A stretch of 64,000 nt of DNA. It comes from Betaproteobacteria bacterium. GTDB lineage: Bacteria > Pseudomonadota > Gammaproteobacteria > Burkholderiales > Casimicrobiaceae. The translations under genes and the position numbers were made by a program. This document shows, piece by piece, positions 57,086 through 64,000 of the stretch (positions are counted from its first letter, which is position 1; the number at the start of each line of letters is the position of its first letter). Below the pieces are notes generated by a model. It had not been told where the DNA came from. It ran no database searches and saw only the letters and a list, made by a program, of their open reading frames with translations. The stretch lies in NCBI GenBank assembly GCA_016192065.1, contig JACPUX010000010.1:49728-113727 (forward strand). The letters are read 5' to 3'.

Positions 57086-57716
57086 GGAGCCGCTGGTCTA
57101 TTCGGGATTCGTCCTGCGCATCGGTCTCGGGGCCGCGCCACAGAAACGCGTAGAGGCCATGCATCTCACGAGTCACGAAGCCCAGGCGCTGGTAGAGCCG
57201 CCAGGCGGGATTGAAGGGCTCGACGTGCAGGCCGACCGGAAGGCCCAGGGCTTGCGCGTAGGCGAGCACTGCCCGCATGAGCGCCGTGCCCGAGCCCTGC
57301 TGCCTGGCCGCGCGCAGCAGTGCAATGTCCATGAGTCGCAGCTCGGCGTTCCCGGGCTCAAGATAGAGCCTCCCGATCGGCTCGCCGCCGCGCAGGATCA
57401 CCAGCCACTGGGCGCGCGGGTAGTGCAGCCGGTAGTGCTGCCGCTGCAGCTCGAACTGCTGCCCCAGAAACACCGCCTTTTCGGCATCGCTCCAGGGCAC
57501 CGGGCGCAACTCTTCGTTGCGGGTATCGGCATACAGGGCCGCAAGGAAGTCGCGATCCCCAGGCAGTTCCTCGCGCAAAACCAGCCCGCCGGGAAGGTCT
57601 CGGGCGAATCGAAGCAGGCCCTTGGCTTCGTCAGGCACGCGCCGGCTGGAGGAGCACGCAGAGGTAGTCGAAATCGACCGGCCCGCCATCCAGGCGCTTG
57701 AGTTCACCGGACGCAT
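57078..57716 (-). CDS. GNAT-family N-acetyltransferase (start uncertain)
   Basis: Motif A-like region RQQGSGTALMRAVLAYAQALG and C-terminal ...YQRLGF. Confidence 0.6.
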   Translation of the reverse strand: MRPVNSSAWMAGRSISTTSACSSSRRVPDEAKGLLRFARDLPGGLVLREELPGDRDFLAALYADTRNEELRPVPWSDAEKAVFLGQQFELQRQHYRLHYPRAQWLVILRGGEPIGRLYLEPGNAELRLMDIALLRAARQQGSGTALMRAVLAYAQALGLPVGLHVEPFNPAWRLYQRLGFVTREMHGLYAFLWRGPETDAQDESRIDQRLPN

Positions 57717-58362
57717 CGCCCCAAGTGAACTGCGACAAATCCGGCGCGAGACCGGTCTGCGCCGACAGACCCGCGATGACGTGAATGCCCGGCCCCAGCC
57801 CGAAGCCGCCTAGAGCATAGCTGGCGGCACCCCAGGCCTGAGGCCCGAACCGCTGCGGGTCGAAGCGGTAGTTCATGCCCAAGGTGCCCCCCTCGGGCAC
57901 CGCGATGTCGAACTGCACCGGCAAGCTCGCCTGCGGGCCTTCCCCCGGCCGCGTCACGAGCCGAAAGGCGCGATAGGGCGCGGCATAGGGCGGCTCGTCC
58001 AGGCGATAGTTGATGGTCAGTTCCAGGCTGTCGAACGACGGCCGCGGCCCGGACCGGTAACCGAGAACGGCGAGGGCGGCGCGATCGTATCCGCTCACCC
58101 CGAGCTTGTAGGCCAGGTCATACACCGGCGGCTCCATGCCTTCGACCACCCGGCGTTCGCTGCCAGGCAGGAGGCCAAAGGCGGCCTGCATCTGCCGGTC
58201 GGCATGGGCCGAACTCAAGGGCGCCGCGACCGTCGGTGTATTTTTGGCGCCAGTGCCAGTTCGGTCGGTACCGAGCCAATGCGCCGCGGCGCCGGCCGCC
58301 GCCAGGCTCCCGACTCCAGAAAAAAACGTGCGTCTATCCATGGTGAACTCCTGCCGGCTCAA
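57631..58362 (-). CDS. Tat-signal periplasmic protein of unknown function
   Basis: MDRRTFFSGVGSLAAAGAAAHW Tat signal. Confidence 0.45.
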   Translation of the reverse strand: MSRQEFTMDRRTFFSGVGSLAAAGAAAHWLGTDRTGTGAKNTPTVAAPLSSAHADRQMQAAFGLLPGSERRVVEGMEPPVYDLAYKLGVSGYDRAALAVLGYRSGPRPSFDSLELTINYRLDEPPYAAPYRAFRLVTRPGEGPQASLPVQFDIAVPEGGTLGMNYRFDPQRFGPQAWGAASYALGGFGLGPGIHVIAGLSAQTGLAPDLSQFTWGDASGELKRLDGGPVDFDYLCVLLQPARA

Positions 58363-58883
58363 GTTCGGGGTGGGAACACGCCCTGCAAGGCGATGCAGAA
58401 ATTGAGCGTGAGATAGGGCTGCATATTGTTGTGCGGCTGGTCGCCACCCGCCGGAGCAAGGGTGTTGGGGTCCATTTGGACCTGGCTCGGCGCGCCCGCG
58501 AAATAAAGATTGCCACTGGCCGGCCGCGTGAACGACTTGCTGGTGGGAACGGAACTGCTGCCTAGCGGATTGTTCTGCGCCAAAACCGAGTGCGAGTGGG
58601 ACGGGATCTCCGATTCGAGCAAGCTCACGGTCTGGCTGCCCCCGGTTTCGCCCAAATCGTGCAGGCTCAAGCCCGGTCCCTGACCAGGATGCATGGGGGC
58701 GCGGCCCTGGAGATCGGGCAGGGCGAAGTTGGACTTGCCGTTGCCCCCGTAGGTCGTGCCCAGCAGGGAAAAAAGGGCGGTGTTCTGCGACAAGGGCAGC
58801 AGTTGCCCGTCGCAGAAGGCCCAGCCGTTGGGCGCGAAGTTGAAAGGGAAGATGCGAATCTCGGCAACGAAAGGATCGGCCAT
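58359..58883 (-). CDS. phage tail-collar domain protein (MdpB-like), paralog 1
   Basis: N-terminus MADPFVAEIRIFPFNFAPNGWAFCDGQLLPLSQNTALFSLLGTTYGG matches the tail-collar consensus. Confidence 0.75.
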   Translation of the reverse strand: MADPFVAEIRIFPFNFAPNGWAFCDGQLLPLSQNTALFSLLGTTYGGNGKSNFALPDLQGRAPMHPGQGPGLSLHDLGETGGSQTVSLLESEIPSHSHSVLAQNNPLGSSSVPTSKSFTRPASGNLYFAGAPSQVQMDPNTLAPAGGDQPHNNMQPYLTLNFCIALQGVFPPRT

Positions 58884-58900
58884 GACCGGCTCCTGGTGGT

Positions 58901-59401
58901 TCAGGTTGGGCTCGGGAAAATCCCGAACAGGGAAATGATGAAATCCACGCACAAGTAGGGCTGGAAGTTGGTGTGCGGCTGACTGCCTCCCACGGCGCCT
59001 ACGATGCTGGGGGAAAGCGCGATGCCCGGTGTCCCGGTGCGATAAATTTTGCTCGCGGCCTGCCCGGTCACGTTGTTGGCCGGCGTCGAGAGCGCGGGAA
59101 CGTCGAGCGAAGCCAGCAGCGGATGGCTGTGTGCGGGAATCTGGTTGACGGTGAGGGTGATCTCCTCGGCGCCGCCGGTTTCCGCGAGGATGAAACCCGA
59201 GCCCTGGTGTATCGGCACCCGCCCGCGCAAATCCGGCAGGGCGAAGGTGCTTTGCCCATCGCCGCCATAGGTGGTGCCGATGAGCTGGAACAAGGTTTCG
59301 TTTTCGCTGATGGGCAAGAGCTGGCCTTCGCAAAACATCCAGCCCGCGGGGGCGAAATTTCCCGCGAAAAGGCGTATCTCTCCAACATAAGGTTGTGCCA
59401 T
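58901..59401 (-). CDS. phage tail-collar domain protein (MdpB-like), paralog 2
   Basis: MAQPYVGEIRLFAGNFAPAGWMFCEGQLLPISENETLFQLIGTTYGG. Confidence 0.75.
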   Translation of the reverse strand: MAQPYVGEIRLFAGNFAPAGWMFCEGQLLPISENETLFQLIGTTYGGDGQSTFALPDLRGRVPIHQGSGFILAETGGAEEITLTVNQIPAHSHPLLASLDVPALSTPANNVTGQAASKIYRTGTPGIALSPSIVGAVGGSQPHTNFQPYLCVDFIISLFGIFPSPT

Positions 59402-59410
59402 GACGCGCTC

Positions 59411-59911
59411 CTAGGTCGGCGAGGGGAAGATGCCCTGAAGGGCAATACAGAAACTGAGGGTCAGGAAGGGTTGCATGTTGAGATGCGCCTGGCTCCCGCC
59501 GACGTTGCTCACCGCTCCAGCCGCCATGGCCGTCAGGTTGTTGGCCGGCGTATAAACATTGGCCTGAGTACCCAGATAAGTGGTGTTGCTCGGCACGTTG
59601 GTGCTGGCGGGGTTACTCGCTGCCGTCACAGCATGAATGTGGGTGGGTATTTCCGCAATACTGAGCGTATGCGCCTGTTCTCCCCCCCTTTCCCCCAAGG
59701 TGTGCGAATCGCCGGTATGGATGGGCACCCGCCCACGCAAATCAGGCAGCGCAAAATTGACCCTCCCATCGCCGCCATACGTGGTGCCCAAAAGCGAAAA
59801 CAGCGCCTGATTCTGGTTGATGGGCAGGAGCTGCCCATTGCACAGCGCCCAGCCCTGGGGCGGGAAACTAAAACTCATCAGCCGGATTTCCGAAAGGAAA
59901 GGTTCTGCCAT
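59411..59911 (-). CDS. phage tail-collar domain protein (MdpB-like), paralog 3
   Basis: MAEPFLSEIRLMSFSFPPQGWALCNGQLLPINQNQALFSLLGTTYGG. Confidence 0.75.
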   Translation of the reverse strand: MAEPFLSEIRLMSFSFPPQGWALCNGQLLPINQNQALFSLLGTTYGGDGRVNFALPDLRGRVPIHTGDSHTLGERGGEQAHTLSIAEIPTHIHAVTAASNPASTNVPSNTTYLGTQANVYTPANNLTAMAAGAVSNVGGSQAHLNMQPFLTLSFCIALQGIFPSPT

Positions 59912-59931
59912 GATGGTGCTCCGTCAGGGTT

Positions 59932-62900
59932 TCAAGGCGTCGGGCAAGCGGCGCCGCCGGTGAAGATGCTGGCCGGCCCGGGGTCGCTGTAGGCCATGAC
60001 TGTCGTGCTGGCCGAATTGAGATTGTTGGTCCGGATGAAGTTCTCGACATCCGCTAACGTGCTTCCGGCGTAGCCCGGCAGGCGCAGCGCTGATCCCCCG
60101 CTTGCCCCGCCGCCGACGATGATGTCGTTGATGTTGAAGGGGTCGCCGGTGCTCATGTCATTGGCCGTAATCGCCGCGCAAACCTGAATGGTGTCGCTAC
60201 TCGCCGGAGCGCCCGCCGTCAGGGCCAGCCCAGCGAAGGCCGACGCCCCAGGCTGACTCACGGTGTTGCCGGTGATCGTAAAGTTGGCGGTGTAGCTGCC
60301 ATCGGTGTTATCGAAATACATGCCCGCATTGCCTTCGTAATTGCGCACGGTGTTGTTGGTCAGCCCCAGAGTGATGGTACCCGTTCCGGCGAAAGAACCG
60401 AAGATGCCGTTGCCGGTCGCCGAGCCCGAAGCTGCTACACCATTCTGCCCAATGACGTTGTTGTTGACGCTGCCGGAGAGCAGCGTACCCGCCAGGGCTT
60501 TTTGCAAGGTGATGCCGCTGCCGTGTGCCCCGCTCATGGTGTTGCCATCGACACTGAAGGTCATGCTGCCCTGAGTGGCCAGCGTCAGACCGCCGCCGCC
60601 GATGATGTTTTGGGCATGCGTGTTGGTCAAGGTGTTGCTCAGGAAATCGACATCCATGGTGGTGCCGGTCTGCCCCGTGAAGTTGGCCAGATCCCCAGGC
60701 GAACCGCTAAAGGTGTTGGCTTCACCTCCCGCCACACCACCCACGGTGCTGTTGATGATCGTACCGCTGTTGCGCGCTTCGATCGCCAGGCTTTGATTGG
60801 CGTCGGAGAAGTTCTGGTTGAGTCCGAAGGTGTTGCCCTTGATCGTGAGGTTGGCCGTCCCGCTGGTGTTGACGATGGACAGGTTGCGCGCCCGGCCGCC
60901 ATTGACACTATTGTTGGTGAAGGTGCCCGTGCCGGTAAGGCCGGTGCTGCTGGTGTTGCCGAAATAGATGCTGCCTTCGCCGTAGTTCTCGGGCGCGGAT
61001 AGCGAAGCGGCGCTGCCGAAAGTGCCGGAAACGGTCGAATACTGCAAGGTGAAATTGGTGACCGCCAGGCCCTTGATGCCGAAATTGCCGTTGGTGCCGC
61101 TGAGGTTCATGCGTCGCAGCACCACGTCGCGGGTGTTGTTGAGGTAGATGCCGATGCCGGTGCTGGTGCTGCCGTCGGCACCGCTCTTGTTGGCGATGGT
61201 GCCGCCGCTGCCGTTGCCGCCCACACTGGTATTGCTACCGTCGCCGTTGACGGTGAGGCCACCGCTGGAGCCGGTAGTGTCGAGAATGATGCCGGTTGCC
61301 GAACCGCCGTTGGAAGTGATGCTCTGGAACACGAGGCCGCCGACGCCAATGGTGGTGTTGGTCACGTTGAGCGCCGTGGCCGTGGTGGTGTTGAGCGTAT
61401 TGGCGCTGTTCGTCGCTGTCACCGTGCCGCCACCGGTCGCGGTGAAGGCGGCGTTGGCGCCGGTGTTGGCGGTGATCTGGCCGGTGAGGTTGATGGTGCT
61501 GCCGGTGTTGCTGGTGAGTGAGATGCCGGTGTCGGTATCGGTGATCGCCCCGGAGAGCGTCACCGTGCCGCCGGTTTTGCTGGCGATCGCCACCGACCGC
61601 GCCGACCCGCTGGCGATGGTGCCGGCATAGCTGAGGTTCGCCGTGCCGCCGGAAACATTGAAGGCATTGCCGGTGGCGCCGCTCATCGCGCCGGTGGTGA
61701 TGACCAGGCTGCCGTTGATCGAGCTGAGGTCGAGGTTGTTGCTGCCTGCGGTGGACACCAGCGAATCGACGGTTGCCGCCAGCGTGCCCGTGGCGAGGCT
61801 GAGCGCCCGCGCGTTGGTGTTGACGCTCACTTCCGACAGGGTGAGGGTGCCAAAGCCCGTGCCGCTCAAGGCATCGGTGCCGGCATTGCCCAGCGTGAAG
61901 CCACGCAAGGTGTTGGCCGTGCCGGCGCCGTTGAGCGTCAGCGTGGTGCCCGCGCTGGAGAGGTTTACCTTGGTCGCGTTGCCACTATTCAAGATCGGCA
62001 AGGCGGTCGCACTGGCGGGCGGGCTCACGCCTGCGATGGCCGCGAGCGTGGTGCTGGCATCCTGCCCGATCAGCTTTTGGTTGGAGAGCAGGGTGAGCGG
62101 GCCGGTATAGTCGGTCGCACTCTCGTAGATGAAGATGTTGTCGCCCGCCGCCGGGTTGTTGCCGGTGCCGTCGTTGAGCGCCGCCAATGCCCCCAGGGTC
62201 GAGAAGGGGTTCGACAAACGTCCGCAACCGCCGGCGAGCGTGGTGCAGCTCGCGGCGTTGTTGTCGACGAACCAGATCATCCCCGAAATCGGCACCGTCA
62301 CTGTGGCCGTGGCACTGGCACTGCCGCAGGTGACGTTGTAGGTGAAGGTGTCGTCGCCGGTATAACCCGGGGGCGGATTGTAGGTGAAGCGGCCGGCGTT
62401 GGCGCCCGAGAGCGTCATGCTGACGTTGCCGCCTTGGGCTGTGGCGCCCGCACCCGGCAGGCTCAAGGTCGGACTGGCGCAGATCGTGTCGTTGGCGAGT
62501 ACGGTGAACGGGCCGCCCGAAACATTGGCGGAATCGACCGACACGTTGCCCAGCGCGGTCTCGGGATAAGTGTCGTTGCTCACCACGATGGTGGTGTCGA
62601 AGCTCACCGCGTGATTGGCGGTCATGTTGGTGCCGGCGAGGCTAGCAATCTGCGTCGCCAAGGCGGTGGCCGTGCAGGTTTCTCCGGGCGGCAAAGCGGC
62701 GCTCGGCGTCAACGTGATCGCCGCGGTGCCGCTGCCGCTTTGGGTGAAGCTGCGGCTCCCGCTTGCGCTACAGGAGAGGCTAAACGCGGTGCCGGTCAAG
62801 TTGACGGCTTTGCTGAAATTGAACACCACGGTGCTGGCCAGCGCCACGTTGGTCGCGGCATTGGCCGGCGTAGTCGAATTGACCGTGGGCGGCGTGTCGA

Positions 62901-64000
62901 TGGTGAAGGCGAAGGGGTAGTTCGCGGCCATAGGAGTACCCAGGGCGCTCACCACGCCGGCTGCCAGCGCGGTCACCGTGCAGGTTTCGCCGGCGGGCAG
63001 GCTCGCCGCCGGGGTGAGCACGATGCTGGTGCCACCGCTGCCCGCGACGCTGAAGGACTGCGCGCCGCTCACGCTGCATGAGAAGCTGAAGGAGCCGCCG
63101 CTCACCGTGACCGCTTTGCTGAAATTGAACGTCGCGGTGGTGGTCGCCAGAACCTCCGTGGCGCCGTTGGTCGGCACGGTACTCGACACCGTCGGCGGCA
63201 CATCGACGGTAAACGAGAAATTGTAGTTCGACGCCATGGGTTGCCCCACGTCGACATCAGTCACGTTGGCGGCAATCACGCCCACCGCGCAAGAGCCCTC
63301 CGGCAGATTGCTCGAGGGCGTCAAGGTGAAGGTGGTCGCGGGGGATGCCGAGAGCGTGAAACTTTGCGCCGAGCCGCCGGGGCATTCCAGCGTGAAGGAA
63401 CTCAAGCTGGCGTTCACCGATTCCGAGAAGGTGATGCCTATGGTCGCGTTTTGCGCCACCGGGGTCGCGCCATTGACGGGGTTGGTGCTCGACACCGTGG
63501 GCGGCGTGTTGACCGAAATGCTGACCGTTTCGCTGTCGGTAAGCGCACCGCCACTGCCGGTATTGCCCAGGTCGTCGAGCGCCACTTGCAGGCTCGCGGC
63601 ACCACTGAAGCCGCTGTCGGGCGAGAATTGCAGACCATTGAGCGCGGTGTTTTGTGCCGCGATCGAACCGGTCGAGATCACGCTTGCGGTGCCGTTGCCC
63701 AGCACCGTGAGCCCTGCCGTACCCGAAAGCGTGGCCGTGCCGTTGATCGCGGTGAGTGTCACCTGCACGTTGGCGGCACCGGCGTCGGCGTCGGTCACGC
63801 TGATGGTGCCGGGGAAAGAAATCGGCGTATTGGGCGAAGTGGTTCGACTCGCCGGCGCGGTGACCACCGGCGCGGTGTTCACGGCCGCGATGTCCACCAG
63901 TGCATGCGCCAGCGGCGAGTTGCTGCCGATTAAATCGAAGACCGCGACGCTGATGTCGCGCTGCGTCGTGGTCGGATTCGCCGAGCCGTTGTTGTACATC
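59932..64000 (-). CDS. giant surface protein / adhesin with tandem Ig-like (SbsA/Big-type) domains and parallel beta-helix repeats; 5' end truncated by window edge
   Basis: More than 1355 aa, extremely Thr/Ser/Gly/Ala/Asn-rich; repeated ...TVSSTxPxNGAT...FSxAV... Ig-like modules then long GxxNT/beta-helix-like repeats. Confidence 0.7.
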   Translation of the reverse strand, partial: MYNNGSANPTTTQRDISVAVFDLIGSNSPLAHALVDIAAVNTAPVVTAPASRTTSPNTPISFPGTISVTDADAGAANVQVTLTAINGTATLSGTAGLTVLGNGTASVISTGSIAAQNTALNGLQFSPDSGFSGAASLQVALDDLGNTGSGGALTDSETVSISVNTPPTVSSTNPVNGATPVAQNATIGITFSESVNASLSSFTLECPGGSAQSFTLSASPATTFTLTPSSNLPEGSCAVGVIAANVTDVDVGQPMASNYNFSFTVDVPPTVSSTVPTNGATEVLATTTATFNFSKAVTVSGGSFSFSCSVSGAQSFSVAGSGGTSIVLTPAASLPAGETCTVTALAAGVVSALGTPMAANYPFAFTIDTPPTVNSTTPANAATNVALASTVVFNFSKAVNLTGTAFSLSCSASGSRSFTQSGSGTAAITLTPSAALPPGETCTATALATQIASLAGTNMTANHAVSFDTTIVVSNDTYPETALGNVSVDSANVSGGPFTVLANDTICASPTLSLPGAGATAQGGNVSMTLSGANAGRFTYNPPPGYTGDDTFTYNVTCGSASATATVTVPISGMIWFVDNNAASCTTLAGGCGRLSNPFSTLGALAALNDGTGNNPAAGDNIFIYESATDYTGPLTLLSNQKLIGQDASTTLAAIAGVSPPASATALPILNSGNATKVNLSSAGTTLTLNGAGTANTLRGFTLGNAGTDALSGTGFGTLTLSEVSVNTNARALSLATGTLAATVDSLVSTAGSNNLDLSSINGSLVITTGAMSGATGNAFNVSGGTANLSYAGTIASGSARSVAIASKTGGTVTLSGAITDTDTGISLTSNTGSTINLTGQITANTGANAAFTATGGGTVTATNSANTLNTTTATALNVTNTTIGVGGLVFQSITSNGGSATGIILDTTGSSGGLTVNGDGSNTSVGGNGSGGTIANKSGADGSTSTGIGIYLNNTRDVVLRRMNLSGTNGNFGIKGLAVTNFTLQYSTVSGTFGSAASLSAPENYGEGSIYFGNTSSTGLTGTGTFTNNSVNGGRARNLSIVNTSGTANLTIKGNTFGLNQNFSDANQSLAIEARNSGTIINSTVGGVAGGEANTFSGSPGDLANFTGQTGTTMDVDFLSNTLTNTHAQNIIGGGGLTLATQGSMTFSVDGNTMSGAHGSGITLQKALAGTLLSGSVNNNVIGQNGVAASGSATGNGIFGSFAGTGTITLGLTNNTVRNYEGNAGMYFDNTDGSYTANFTITGNTVSQPGASAFAGLALTAGAPASSDTIQVCAAITANDMSTGDPFNINDIIVGGGASGGSALRLPGYAGSTLADVENFIRTNNLNSASTTVMAYSDPGPASIFTGGAACPTP

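Overview
GC-rich (about 60-65% by eye) proteobacterial chromosomal segment. Layout: (1) core genes parA-like, glmU and glmS (1-5254). (2) About 26 kb of accessory, defense-island-like DNA starting immediately downstream of glmS (5255 to about 31000) and ending at a pair of degenerate tRNA-like sequences. It has local GC dips and contains a WYL (BrxR/CapW-like) regulator plus PP2C phosphatase; dnaB; an unusual 4-gene operon (tandem-AAA+ ATPase plus three unknown proteins, two of them paralogs); a possible GIY-YIG-like gene; a Tat-signal-bearing degenerate FtsZ-fold protein with a membrane partner; a 3-gene operon ending in a UvrD-family helicase with a RelE/ParE-like N-terminal domain; a Type III R-M system in inverted res-dinD-mod order; and a zeta-toxin/Phd-like TA pair. 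(3) An SPFH + AAA pair, a HepT/MNT TA, a Clp_N protein and a sensor Ser/Thr kinase. (4) A canonical hyb-type [NiFe] hydrogenase operon (hybOABCD-hypC-hybE). (5) An orphan HigA-like gene and an AlgZ/AlgR-like two-component pair flanked by REP-like repeats. (6) Housekeeping genes gpsA, secB, grxC, rhodanese, gpmI, envC-like, ctpA, moeB, tetR, argB. (7) Three tandem phage-tail-collar (MdpB-like) paralogs followed by a giant Ig-like/beta-helix adhesin that runs off the window. No rRNA, CRISPR array or recognisable transposase/integrase was seen. The most likely undescribed systems are the tandem-AAA 4-gene operon (10966-15556), the Tat-FtsZ-like/membrane pair (16237-17661) and the P366-P124-helicase operon (17912-21511). 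All are called from protein motifs read by eye, with no database search.
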